A DNA stretch of 63,826 nucleotides, taken from positions 1 through 63,826 of the IMG/VR virus record IMGVR_UViG_3300042526_000765; one strand, given 5' to 3'. The notes beneath the pieces were generated by a model. The model was not told the DNA's origin. It ran no database searches and was given only the letters and a program-made list of their open reading frames with translations. This stretch comes from a virus (taxonomy: Duplodnaviria > Caudoviricetes). Positions 1-9,215 of the stretch are shown here, piece after piece. Within the stretch, counting starts at the first letter, position 1. Each line of letters starts with the position of its first letter. Both the position numbers and the translations under genes were made by a program.

Positions 1-81
1 ATAGCAAATACAGCTCCAAACTTGGACAGAGCCTCAATTTATAGACGAAGAGGCTGTAAAGCTTGGAGCTGTATTTGCTAT
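1..81. repeat. 19-bp perfect inverted repeat at the contig start (1-19 vs 63-81), probably a fold-back artefact
   Basis: ATAGCAAATACAGCTCCAA is the reverse complement of TTGGAGCTGTATTTGCTAT; the outer arm puts a TAG into an otherwise open frame. Confidence 0.85.
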
Positions 82-178
82 ATCTATTCGCGGAGCTTCT
101 CACATGAACTTCGATGCTAAGGGAAACTTGGTTGGAAGTAGTACGGATAGTGCGAAGAGTCATAGGAGAAAGAAATGA
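20..178 (+). CDS. 3' end of a truncated hypothetical gene
   Basis: Open frame TWTEPQFIDEEAVKLGAVF...HRRKK*; its TGA overlaps the ATG at 175. Confidence 0.6.
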   Translation, partial: TWTEPQFIDEEAVKLGAVFAISIRGASHMNFDAKGNLVGSSTDSAKSHRRKK

Positions 179-405
179 AACGCTCTGAAGCATTAGAAGA
201 GATACGTAAGATACTTGCTATGAACGGCAAGGAGGATGGAATGGGAGAACTAGAAGAAGCTATTTTACATCACTTGGAGAGCTTGGGGATGCGTCCTCCA
301 TTAACGACAGCAAAACCTTTTGATTTTACCAATACTGGATTTACACAAGAATTTTTGGACGAGCATGAATTTAAAGTGAATAGATGGGAGTCAGAAAATG
401 ATTGA
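175..405 (+). CDS. Hypothetical protein, MKRS...GMxPP...WE paralogue family
   Basis: AGGAG RBS; similar to the ORFs at 3131, 3568 and 53779. Confidence 0.8.
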   Translation: MKRSEALEEIRKILAMNGKEDGMGELEEAILHHLESLGMRPPLTTAKPFDFTNTGFTQEFLDEHEFKVNRWESEND

Positions 406-562
406 AGTATTATATTGTCCAATCAATAACGAGCTATTGTTATTTACAGGAGCATTCGAGTTTGACGTAAAAACAAAGACCATGATCATATACTTACAAA
501 CAAAGCGTAAACGTATTAAGATAGTAGAGGCGAGTCAGCTCGTGAGTATAGGTTGGCTATGA
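398..562 (+). CDS. Small hypothetical protein (54 aa, not in ORF track)
   Basis: MIEVLYCPINNELLL...SIGWL*; GGGAG RBS; overlaps the previous stop. Confidence 0.65.
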   Translation: MIEVLYCPINNELLLFTGAFEFDVKTKTMIIYLQTKRKRIKIVEASQLVSIGWL

Positions 563-596
563 AAGTATTGAATATATACTAGAATGGAGAGAGTAA

Positions 597-2882
597 ATGA
601 GTAAAGAATACATACTAATAGATAGTGATAAGTTACTACAAAAAGCTCTAGACCATCTTGAGCAACATTCTATTATAGCGTATGATGTTGAGTCTACGGG
701 ACTAAATGTACGTAAGGATAGAGTTATTGGTATTGCATTTACTGGCAAAGAAGCTATGGGATTTTACTATCCTATAATGTATTGGCAAGATCATATCAAA
801 GCACTAACTACTCATCCCTTCTATTCTGATAATACACTTAGTAAACTTTTATCTGTATTGAAAACTAAAAAGCTTGTAATGCACAATGCCTCTTACGATA
901 TTCGCATTACTGCTAACGATCTTAAAACGAACCTACTCTCAGCTCTACATGCTGATACTATGTTAATGGAGCATACTATTAACGAAGATGGTCCATTTGG
1001 ACTTAAGGACATTTGTATTCGTAGAGCAGTAGAATTAGGATTGGATTCTCAAGATGCTGCCAATCAAGAGCAACTCGATTTAAAACAATCTGTAATAGAT
1101 AATGGTGGTAAGTGGATTGCGTCTAATAAAGAAATGTATAAAGCAGATTTGTGGTTGTTACATAAGTATGCTTGTGCCGATGTGGATATGACTATTCGAT
1201 TATACAATTATAATAGAATTAGATTAGAGGAGGAGAACTTATGGGAGCTATTTCATAATATAGAGGTAATGCCAGCCTATAAATACAATACTATAAAAAT
1301 GGAACATAGAGGAGTTCATATTGATTTGCCTCGATTAGAGGAACTTCATACCGAAATTACAAACGATATTATAAAATATGAAAAAGAAGTAGTAGAAGCT
1401 TTGTATGATACTTCAGCTTGGAATACCTATATACAAAGTAAATTAGAAGAGTATCCTATATCGTGTAAAGGTTCTTTTGCTCAAGAGCTTTGTAATTACC
1501 AAGAACTAGAATTACCTACTGGAGCGAATGGAAAGTTCTTACTTAATAAAAAAACGATTGAGTCGTTGCCCGATAGTTGTTGGAAACAATTCCTTTTAAC
1601 TAATGATGCACACTACTTAGGTCCTTCCTCTATTTGGAATATTAGATGTAACCTACTAAAGAAAGATAATGAAACAGAATATCTAATTAACATTCAATCT
1701 AAAACTCAGCTTGGAGATTTAGTATTTAACTTTATGGGTATTGAGCCTCTAACGAAGACAGCCAAAGGATCGCCACAATTCAACGAAGATTTTGTAGAGA
1801 GTATATCTAAGGATCATCCTTGGGCTGAGAAACTTAGAGTGTATAACAAGCTTAACAAAATCAAGAGTAGCTACTATGATAGATTCCTTGCGAATCATGA
1901 AGATGGAGTTTACTATCCAACTTTTAAACAACACGGAACTACTTCTGCTAGATACGCTTCTGACTTTCAACAGCTACCTCGTCCAAAAGATGAAGATAGT
2001 ACAGAAAATGTTATAGTAAAAAAATATAATGATTGTATTAGAGAACTAGTTATTCCTGCTCCCGGATATGCTTTTATAGATACTGATTATGAATCATTAG
2101 AGCCTAGGTGTTTTGCTGACGATGCTGGAGATTCTGCTCTTATTAAAATATTTACAGATAACTTAGATATGTATTCAGTAGTTGCTATTATGGCGGAAGA
2201 TATTAAAGATGCTTCGGCTGATAAGAAGGCTCCTAATTTCTTAAAGAAGAAATATCCTAATGTCAGGCAGAACGCAAAGGCTTATGCTCTCGGTATTCGA
2301 TATGGAATGAAAGAGTTCAAGCTTGCCAAGAGTTTAGATATTTCCGAAGAGAAGGCGGCAGAGATTATCAAGAACTATTTCAAAGCATTTCCGGGATTAA
2401 AAGCTAAGATGGATAGATACTTAGTAGAAGTAAAAACTACTGGAAAGGTTACTAGTAAATTTGGAAGAGTACGCCACCTTCCTAGAGCTAAAGAAATTTA
2501 TCAAAGATTTGGAGATGGTATTCTTGACTTTAGAAATCTTAAAAAGATATCAGTGAAAACTGGAGTGTCTATGGATGAACTTAAAGTAATTAGAAAAGAA
2601 TATAATAACTTATTAAATAATGCTTTGAATTTTCCTATTCAATCTGCGGCTACTTCAATACTTACAAGAGCTTGTATTTCAATGGCTAAAAAATTTATAG
2701 AGGAAAGATTAGATGCGTGGCTTAGTTTATCTATTCATGATCAAGCTGTGGTATCATGTAACAAGGAGCATGTTGTTAGAGTAAAGCAAATAGTACAGGA
2801 TTGCATGGAGAATACTACGAAGTTGGCAATGCCATTAATAGCAATTCCAGCAATAGGAACTAATTTAAGAGATGCTCATTAA
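597..2882 (+). CDS. polA: Family A DNA polymerase with 3'-5' exonuclease domain
   Basis: ExoI DVESTG, ExoII HNASYD, ExoIII YACAD; motif A DTDYESLEPR, motif B RQNAKAYALGIRYG, NFPIQS, motif C IHDQ. Confidence 0.97.
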   Translation: MSKEYILIDSDKLLQKALDHLEQHSIIAYDVESTGLNVRKDRVIGIAFTGKEAMGFYYPIMYWQDHIKALTTHPFYSDNTLSKLLSVLKTKKLVMHNASYDIRITANDLKTNLLSALHADTMLMEHTINEDGPFGLKDICIRRAVELGLDSQDAANQEQLDLKQSVIDNGGKWIASNKEMYKADLWLLHKYACADVDMTIRLYNYNRIRLEEENLWELFHNIEVMPAYKYNTIKMEHRGVHIDLPRLEELHTEITNDIIKYEKEVVEALYDTSAWNTYIQSKLEEYPISCKGSFAQELCNYQELELPTGANGKFLLNKKTIESLPDSCWKQFLLTNDAHYLGPSSIWNIRCNLLKKDNETEYLINIQSKTQLGDLVFNFMGIEPLTKTAKGSPQFNEDFVESISKDHPWAEKLRVYNKLNKIKSSYYDRFLANHEDGVYYPTFKQHGTTSARYASDFQQLPRPKDEDSTENVIVKKYNDCIRELVIPAPGYAFIDTDYESLEPRCFADDAGDSALIKIFTDNLDMYSVVAIMAEDIKDASADKKAPNFLKKKYPNVRQNAKAYALGIRYGMKEFKLAKSLDISEEKAAEIIKNYFKAFPGLKAKMDRYLVEVKTTGKVTSKFGRVRHLPRAKEIYQRFGDGILDFRNLKKISVKTGVSMDELKVIRKEYNNLLNNALNFPIQSAATSILTRACISMAKKFIEERLDAWLSLSIHDQAVVSCNKEHVVRVKQIVQDCMENTTKLAMPLIAIPAIGTNLRDAH

Positions 2883-2927
2883 GAGAGTGATAATGAAAGT
2901 AAAACACTTAAAGAGGGGGGAACAATC

Positions 2928-3134
2928 GTGATCATCTTAACTTGGACTCTTGGAATTGTATTACTTGTTCTAGGTTGCTTCTGTGTATTTTTAATAAAGA
3001 GTAATCTTGAATTAGAAAATAGATTACTTACTATTGAACATGAAAAGTTCATGTCAAATATAAATAATGACATGCATAATTTACCTTCTGAAGAATATGA
3101 ACTAGTTAAAAAGAATACAAGGATGTTACAATGA
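2928..3134 (+). CDS. Small membrane-anchored hypothetical protein
   Basis: Hydrophobic N-terminal helix; GAGGGGG RBS before GTG. Confidence 0.7.
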   Translation: MIILTWTLGIVLLVLGCFCVFLIKSNLELENRLLTIEHEKFMSNINNDMHNLPSEEYELVKKNTRMLQ

Positions 3135-3343
3135 AACGAAGTACCTTAGTAAAACTACTAGCTCCAATTTTATCTCGGAAAGATACGCCAGTAACCACAA
3201 GTGCTGAACTTGTTATTAAGCAATTGGAGGAACTTAAGCTTTTAGCTCCAACTCATAAAAAGACAATTCGTAAGAAAGATATTGAACTAATGCCTTATGA
3301 AGAAACCGTCGTCGTAGAAGGTTGGGAGGATGAGAATGTCTGA
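3131..3343 (+). CDS. Hypothetical protein, MKRS family
   Basis: MKRSTLV...LEELKLLAP...GWEDENV; ATGA coupling. Confidence 0.75.
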   Translation: MKRSTLVKLLAPILSRKDTPVTTSAELVIKQLEELKLLAPTHKKTIRKKDIELMPYEETVVVEGWEDENV

Positions 3344-3506
3344 AGAGCAAGCTGAATTTGTATTAAAAGAATGGCTTTTAAATAAAGTATATTGGTCAAA
3401 TAAAAACACTGAACCTATTCCTTATGAGGTTATGGTAGCTATGCAGGTATTACCTCAGGAAGTTTTAAATAGAATAAACTCAGAAGTTAAGGCTTTATGG
3501 GACTAG
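3336..3506 (+). CDS. Small hypothetical protein (56 aa, not in ORF track)
   Basis: MSEEQAEFVLKEW...KALWD*; GGAGG RBS. Confidence 0.65.
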   Translation: MSEEQAEFVLKEWLLNKVYWSNKNTEPIPYEVMVAMQVLPQEVLNRINSEVKALWD

Positions 3507-3567
3507 CTGGTAAATTTATTCTTTTGTTTCTAATATTAATACTGTTACAATATGTACAGAGGTAGCT

Positions 3568-3834
3568 ATGTTTGCTAAACGAAGTCAAATGTTAGAGAAT
3601 ATAAAGTCAAAGTTAAGATTAGTTTCTAGTGTAGAGCAAGGTAAAATTGCGGAAGAAATACTTCAGATGGTCGAAATGTTTATGGAACCAAAGCTTAGAC
3701 CTCTTACTGAAGTAGAAGTTAATGAGCACGTTCTTGTAAAACAAGTTCACCATTCTAGAAAAGAAGAAGTAAGAAACTATGTTAGAAATTTAGATTACGA
3801 AATGAAACGAGAATTTGTACCAGAAGATACGTAA
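3568..3834 (+). CDS. Hypothetical protein, divergent MKRS family
   Basis: AKRSQMLENI...ILQMVEMFMEP; GAGG RBS. Confidence 0.75.
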   Translation: MFAKRSQMLENIKSKLRLVSSVEQGKIAEEILQMVEMFMEPKLRPLTEVEVNEHVLVKQVHHSRKEEVRNYVRNLDYEMKREFVPEDT

Positions 3835-3843
3835 GGAGTTATT

Positions 3844-3993
3844 ATGAATTTTAAAACTGCAATTATTCTATTTCTATTAATGTTCCTACAATCATGCGCA
3901 CTTCACTATGAAACTAGCTTTGGAGGTAACTCTAATGCTGAAAAAGAAGAAGAGCAAAAAAATAGAGTTTATGAAGCTGGATCGTTCAGATAA
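3844..3993 (+). CDS. Small lipoprotein (49 aa, not in ORF track)
   Basis: MNFKTAIILFLLMFLQSC: basic N-terminus, hydrophobic core, lipobox-like LQSC; AGGAG RBS. Confidence 0.7.
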   Translation: MNFKTAIILFLLMFLQSCALHYETSFGGNSNAEKEEEQKNRVYEAGSFR

Positions 3994-4525
3994 TCAGTAC
4001 TGTTTGGATTCTGACATATATACAATCTGTGAACATTTCGCAGAAAGAGTACTCGTTACAAACAAAGACGAGTACTCAAAAAGAAAACAATACAATACTG
4101 AAAAAATAAAAAAAGACATAATATTAGGAAAGTTGGCTGAATGGGGCGTTTACTTTATTTATCTTTGTAGAGGTAAATTTAATATAAACACTCCAGATAT
4201 GTCAATATACTCAAAAGAAAATAAATCTTTTGATTCTGATCTTAAATGGGGATTATATAATTTACACATAAAATCACAATCCTATGAATCTTCCTATAGA
4301 TATGGGGATAGTTGGATATTCCAAGCTAAAGATCCATTATTTGAATTTTCAAATGAGTATGATATAATAATAGGGTGTAGAGTTTCCATTGATAGTTCTA
4401 GTAAAAATGCTTCTATTGAAATTTTGTTAGAAAAACAATTTCAAAAGTTAACATTCGGAGATACTAAGCTATCTAAATTTTCAGGAAACAAAAGAGCTGT
4501 GTATTTAAAGGATAATGATGAATAA
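3971..4525 (+). CDS. Putative PD-(D/E)xK-like nuclease
   Basis: GKLAEWGV helix, FDSDL and LHIKS resemble restriction-fold motifs; start moved from 3908 to 3971 because of the upstream lipoprotein ORF. Confidence 0.5.
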   Translation: MKLDRSDNQYCLDSDIYTICEHFAERVLVTNKDEYSKRKQYNTEKIKKDIILGKLAEWGVYFIYLCRGKFNINTPDMSIYSKENKSFDSDLKWGLYNLHIKSQSYESSYRYGDSWIFQAKDPLFEFSNEYDIIIGCRVSIDSSSKNASIEILLEKQFQKLTFGDTKLSKFSGNKRAVYLKDNDE

Positions 4526-4727
4526 CAATGGAAGATCTTTAGGTACAATTTCTTTAGATGATGAGAGTGTTACAAAAACTGTAGAAGTTTTACAGGAAGA
4601 ACTACAAATTCCTCATTTAGACATGGAACAAAGAGAATCTCTCGAAAGAGTTGTGATGATGTCTATAGCTTTTTATCTTATGTACTGTCGTGAATCTTAT
4701 AACAATACAACGAAACTAACTCAGTAG
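4515..4727 (+). CDS. Hypothetical protein
   Basis: ORF packed in operon. Confidence 0.7.
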   Translation: MMNNNGRSLGTISLDDESVTKTVEVLQEELQIPHLDMEQRESLERVVMMSIAFYLMYCRESYNNTTKLTQ

Positions 4728-5537
4728 GTGAACGTGAAACAAGAACTAAGCAATGCTCAAGTAACTTTTATTGTTAACCAATATAAAAAAGGAAAAAGCA
4801 GAAGAACTATTACTAGACTATTTAATCGCAAGTTTTTTACTAACATCACCGAATATTCTATGCGACGAAAGATCGAACGCCATGCAAGACATATTGAAAA
4901 AGATGTTCCTAAAGTTTTATATGTAGACATTGAGACTAAACCCTTGAAAGCTTGGGTATGGGGCACGTTCGATCAGAATATACCCTTAGAAATGCTAATA
5001 GAAGATTGGTCAGTATTATCATGGTCTGCAAAATGGGCTAACTCTCCTGAGTCGGAAGTCATTTACAAGGATAATCGTAAGAAGAAGGGCAGTGCTTTGG
5101 TTAATGATAAGGAACTTTTGAAGCCTCTATGGAAGTTAATGGACGAAGCTGACATTATAATAGGTCAGAACTCGGATAGATTCGATTTGCCTAAACTAAA
5201 TGCAAGATTTATCCATCATAAGATGGGATGTCCTAGTGAATTTAAGTCAATTGATACTTATAAAATGGCTAAAAGATTTGGTTTTACTTCTCATAAGCTT
5301 GCTTACATGACAGCTAAACTAAATACTAAGTACAAAAAGCAAGACCATTCTGATTTTAAAGGATTTAAACTTTGGGATGAGTGTATTAAAGGAAATTTAA
5401 AAGCATGGAAATCCATGGAAACTTATAATCAGTACGATGTTTTATCTTTAGAAGAATTATTTCTACAATTAGCGGATTTTATTAAAAATGAAAATGTTAC
5501 TTCAGCTTTGAGAGCATATGATATTATTAAAAAATAG
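4728..5537 (+). CDS. RNase H-fold (DEDDy) exonuclease with N-terminal HTH-like extension
   Basis: VLYVDIET, GQNSDRFDLP, SIDT, YNQYDV. Confidence 0.85.
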   Translation: MNVKQELSNAQVTFIVNQYKKGKSRRTITRLFNRKFFTNITEYSMRRKIERHARHIEKDVPKVLYVDIETKPLKAWVWGTFDQNIPLEMLIEDWSVLSWSAKWANSPESEVIYKDNRKKKGSALVNDKELLKPLWKLMDEADIIIGQNSDRFDLPKLNARFIHHKMGCPSEFKSIDTYKMAKRFGFTSHKLAYMTAKLNTKYKKQDHSDFKGFKLWDECIKGNLKAWKSMETYNQYDVLSLEELFLQLADFIKNENVTSALRAYDIIKK

Positions 5538-5545
5538 GTGCTCTA

Positions 5546-5953
5546 ATGAAAATTACGAAAGAACTTGAATGGGTTAGAGCGTATATTGATAAAGTGGAAC
5601 ATTTAGTTCCAAAAGTAAAGCATTTAAAAAAGGTATCTTCAAAGAAAGGTAATAGAGAACGATGGCAACACTGTCATGGTTTAATTACTTATTTTGACAA
5701 GAAATCTTATCGTATAACTTTATATCTAACTTACCATGATTTACCGTCTGATAAGATAAAACAATATTCCACTATGGATTTATTACAATACTTAGCACAT
5801 GAGTTGGCTCATTTAATTCATTGGGAACATACACCAGAACATAAAATATTAGAGTGTGAAATTCTTACTATTTTTATGGTAAAATTAAGAAAAGATGGAT
5901 ATACTTCAGAGGAAGATGAGCTGAAGAGTGGTAGATTTTATAAGGGGGAGTAA
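5546..5953 (+). CDS. Putative zinc metallopeptidase
   Basis: LAHELAH (HExxH) followed by EHTPEH. Confidence 0.65.
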   Translation: MKITKELEWVRAYIDKVEHLVPKVKHLKKVSSKKGNRERWQHCHGLITYFDKKSYRITLYLTYHDLPSDKIKQYSTMDLLQYLAHELAHLIHWEHTPEHKILECEILTIFMVKLRKDGYTSEEDELKSGRFYKGE

Positions 5954-6621
5954 TGATTGTAGCTTTTTCTGGTGCTAAGTTCGCAGGTAAGGATAGTGCG
6001 GCTGAAGGTTTACTGAGAACTTGTGGGTTTAAAAGAATAGGATTAGCTGATAGATTGAAAACGATTTGTTCTATTGTTTTTGAAATAGACCGAAGTGACA
6101 TGGACAATCCTCTTAAAAAAGAAAAAGCGTTTGATCTACCAGTAAAACTTACAGAAAATAATCTTAGCACTTTATTTAAAATATTAACGGAGGATGGTTT
6201 CAATGTTACTGAAAGTAATATTCATGAAATTAATTCAAAATTTAGAAATAAGAACCTTTCAACTATTAGGGATGTTCTTCAGATTGTTGGGACAGATATT
6301 TGCCGAAATTTTATTAAGGACGACATTTGGTTATCTTATGTCAAAAAGAACATAGAACAAGATTATGGAAACATTGTTATAACTGACGCTAGATTTCAAA
6401 ATGAAAGAGATTTTTTGAGGCAATTAGGAGCTGTTTTAGTGTTAGTAAAACGACCGGGGTTTGAACCTAAAGATACTCATATTAGCGAAAATCAATTAGG
6501 AAATGAATCTGATTACGATGTTGTTGTAAATAACGTAGGAACTATCACAGCACTTCAATCTGAAACTTGTATGTGGTATACGGTAATGAAAGATGCAATT
6601 GCGAGCAATAGAAAACGGTAA
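5953..6621 (+). CDS. Deoxynucleoside monophosphate kinase
   Basis: SGAKFAGKD P-loop, LADRLK, RDVLQIVGTD, ITDARFQNE, HISE. Confidence 0.93.
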   Translation: MIVAFSGAKFAGKDSAAEGLLRTCGFKRIGLADRLKTICSIVFEIDRSDMDNPLKKEKAFDLPVKLTENNLSTLFKILTEDGFNVTESNIHEINSKFRNKNLSTIRDVLQIVGTDICRNFIKDDIWLSYVKKNIEQDYGNIVITDARFQNERDFLRQLGAVLVLVKRPGFEPKDTHISENQLGNESDYDVVVNNVGTITALQSETCMWYTVMKDAIASNRKR

Positions 6622-6955
6622 AATAAAAAAATTAAATGATCTCAAAGTTGGAGATTTGATTTTGTGTGAAGGTGATGTTTATTTACCGATTAAAAGTATT
6701 GTAATAGTTAGTTGTAATCCAATATATTACAGAACTTCCAGTAATTTAACTTTTCATATGTCTAGTAGAACTAGAATAAAAACTGTAGAAGGGTTTAAAA
6801 TTCCAGAATTATGGGACCATATTTTAATTACGGAAGATTTAACACCAGTTGTAACAACGTGTAATATAATTGATAGAATTATGTTTTTTCATGATATACT
6901 CATAGATGGTAATATCAAAAGTCCTGAAGGAATTGTATTTAAATATTCTGACTAG
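6593..6955 (+). CDS. Stand-alone degenerate Hint (intein-like) domain protein
   Basis: KKLNDLKVGDLIL, KTVEGFK and FFHDILIDGN...EGIVF follow the Hint block order; catalytic Cys1, TxxH and His-Asn are absent. Confidence 0.5.
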   Translation: MQLRAIENGKIKKLNDLKVGDLILCEGDVYLPIKSIVIVSCNPIYYRTSSNLTFHMSSRTRIKTVEGFKIPELWDHILITEDLTPVVTTCNIIDRIMFFHDILIDGNIKSPEGIVFKYSD

Positions 6956-6957
6956 GG

Positions 6958-7344
6958 GTGCTAATGGGTAGGAAACGTGCTAAGGATATAAGAATACAGG
7001 AAGAAAATGAACAAACAATTAAAGAATTAAAAGCTGCTAATCGAAGATTAAAAAAAGATAATGAAAGATTGAAATCAGAAGTAGATACTCTTCAGCAAGC
7101 ATTTAGTCAAACTTCTACTTATTTAAAAGGCAATACTGATAATATTTCAGTAGAAAAGATAATAGAGGGAGTTAAAAAAGGTTCTACATTACAGGAAATA
7201 AAGAAAGACAATAAATGTGAAAAGTGCGGATCTAATAATATTAAAGATTTAAATATCTCTACAATGGGAAGAATTATCTTATGCGGAGATTGTAAGTATA
7301 GGAAGGTTATAAAAAATGGAAAAGATAACGGGTCCGAATCATAA
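6958..7344 (+). CDS. Coiled-coil protein with C-terminal zinc ribbon
   Basis: Heptad region plus CEKC...CGDC. Confidence 0.75.
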   Translation: MLMGRKRAKDIRIQEENEQTIKELKAANRRLKKDNERLKSEVDTLQQAFSQTSTYLKGNTDNISVEKIIEGVKKGSTLQEIKKDNKCEKCGSNNIKDLNISTMGRIILCGDCKYRKVIKNGKDNGSES

Positions 7345-7708
7345 AAAGTTTAGAAGTTGGTTGATGTCTGGATTGCGTAAAATATCCAGATTTTGGGAAC
7401 CTGCAAGAGAGTGTTTAAAAAAAGCTAGGATTGCTAGAGGGATGTACATTTGTAATCTGTGTAAAAAAATTACACAAACTAAAGAAATAAAAATAGATCA
7501 TATAAATCCAGTGATTCCAGTTGAAGGATTTAAAGATTGGGACGATGTGGTTAAGAGACTATTTTGCGAAGAGGATGGATTTCAAGCTATTTGCAAAGAA
7601 TGTCATGACACTAAAACAAAATCTGAAAACTCTAAACGAAAAATTTTGAAAAAAGAAAAAGCTGTGATACAATACTATAAGACTAAAGATAGGAAATTAG
7701 ATTTGTGA
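7316..7708 (+). CDS. HNH endonuclease
   Basis: CNLC, IDHINPV, FQAICKECHDTKT. Confidence 0.88.
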   Translation: MEKITGPNHKKFRSWLMSGLRKISRFWEPARECLKKARIARGMYICNLCKKITQTKEIKIDHINPVIPVEGFKDWDDVVKRLFCEEDGFQAICKECHDTKTKSENSKRKILKKEKAVIQYYKTKDRKLDL

Positions 7709-8211
7709 TTAGAATTATGATAGTAACATTTTTTATAGTTAATTGTTTTTTAGCAGTTCCACTTTTCTATAGTAAGGTTTTTAACAAGCCAGTATATATT
7801 GATCCTGAGTTTCAAGAACATCTTAATAATTTCAATAAAGATTCTAAAAAATATAACGTAGATGTCAGTTACTACAAACTCATTACTGTTTTTAGCAATA
7901 ATACTAGTCAAGGTCAGCTAGGATATTGTATGCCACATCTTAATCTAGTTGTCATTTCTAGAAGAGCTTGGAACTATCTAGATGCTCATAGCAGAAAGCT
8001 ACTGTTATATCATGAATGGGGGCATTGCTTACTTAAAAGAGAACATGTTGAAACTTCTTTTGATTTTCCTACTTATTGTCCAATGAGTATAATGTATCCA
8101 TATATAGAACCGTCACAGAGATGTTATAATAAATCTACACAGGAATTTTACGATAGGGAATTATTTACAAATCCCTACAAATTCCGACTTATACCTAAGG
8201 GGATTGAATGA
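7705..8211 (+). CDS. Exported or membrane-anchored metzincin-like metallopeptidase
   Basis: N-terminal hydrophobic segment; HEWGHCLLKREH zinc motif; PMSIM Met-turn. Confidence 0.75.
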   Translation: MIRIMIVTFFIVNCFLAVPLFYSKVFNKPVYIDPEFQEHLNNFNKDSKKYNVDVSYYKLITVFSNNTSQGQLGYCMPHLNLVVISRRAWNYLDAHSRKLLLYHEWGHCLLKREHVETSFDFPTYCPMSIMYPYIEPSQRCYNKSTQEFYDRELFTNPYKFRLIPKGIE

Positions 8212-8957
8212 AATTTTTCGTATTATTTTTTTTACTTTCTTTAAATGCATTTGCTGCTGAAAAAGAAATTCTACTAACTAATAAAAATACTGTAACTTTG
8301 CGGGGTCCAGTAACTAGAGAGTCAGTGGGGGAAGTAATGCATGAACTTAATGCATTATCAAAAGAAGGAGAGGTTTCTGATCCTATCTATCTAATTCTCA
8401 ATACTCCGGGAGGAAGTGTATTAGCAGGTTTGGATTTAATTGAATTTATGAATAAACTTAGAAGACCTGTATTTTCAGTTGCGAAGTATGCAGCTAGTAT
8501 GGGATTTCATATTCTTCAAAACAGTCCACGAAGATATGTTACTAAATATGCCACTATCATGTCACACAGAGCTAGTGGTGGATTTCAGGGAGATATTCCT
8601 CAACAAGTAAGCTCTAGATTAAAACATGTTATTGATCTTGTTGACAAAATGGATGAGCAAGTTATTTCTCGAACTGATGGTAAGTATACTAAAAATAGCT
8701 ATGCTGAATTAATTAGAGATGAGTACTATGCTGTTGGAACTAATGCCATTGAAGATAAATTTGCGGATGAAGTAGTGTCTTTAAAGTGCGATAGTAGTTT
8801 AGATGGTCTTGTAGAAAAAACTGTACAATCTTTTATCTTTTCTTTTAAAGTTAAATTATCTAGATGTCCGCTATTGACAGAGCCAGTTATTGAGCAAAAT
8901 CAAGATACTGGAAAGATTATGGAATACCTAGAAGGTAGAAGAAATCTGGAGCCTTAA
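8208..8957 (+). CDS. clpP: ClpP-like serine protease with signal peptide
   Basis: IYLILNTPGGSV, YAASMG (Ser), IMSH (His), RDEY, KFADEVV; N-terminus MKFFVLFFLLSLNAFA (AxA cleavage site). Confidence 0.85.
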   Translation: MKFFVLFFLLSLNAFAAEKEILLTNKNTVTLRGPVTRESVGEVMHELNALSKEGEVSDPIYLILNTPGGSVLAGLDLIEFMNKLRRPVFSVAKYAASMGFHILQNSPRRYVTKYATIMSHRASGGFQGDIPQQVSSRLKHVIDLVDKMDEQVISRTDGKYTKNSYAELIRDEYYAVGTNAIEDKFADEVVSLKCDSSLDGLVEKTVQSFIFSFKVKLSRCPLLTEPVIEQNQDTGKIMEYLEGRRNLEP

Positions 8958-9215
8958 ATGAGTGAAATATTACTAGCCCTAGCAACTGGTGTTGGGGCTG
9001 CTATTTTTTTAATAATAAAACAAAACAGCAAACTTAAATCTGATAAGAAGTTACATGACATTGAAGTTGAAGATGCTAAGTTGGAAACTAATCAAGAAAC
9101 TATAAAGACATCTAAAAAAGAATTAGATAAATTCCTTAAAGAAGTAGATAAGAAAGTAATGAAGGACTTATCAGATAAAGAAATAGAAGACTATTGGAAT
9201 AAAGGTAAGAAATGA
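8958..9215 (+). CDS. Membrane-anchored coiled-coil protein (possible lysis accessory)
   Basis: One N-terminal TM helix then a charged coiled coil. Confidence 0.65.
   Translation: MSEILLALATGVGAAIFLIIKQNSKLKSDKKLHDIEVEDAKLETNQETIKTSKKELDKFLKEVDKKVMKDLSDKEIEDYWNKGKK

Noticed and set aside
1-81. Terminal inverted repeat as a hairpin telomere or transposon end
   Set aside because: The inner arm lies in coding sequence and the outer arm is exactly the first 19 bases and breaks the frame, which is typical of a fold-back read at a contig end; no protelomerase or transposase seen
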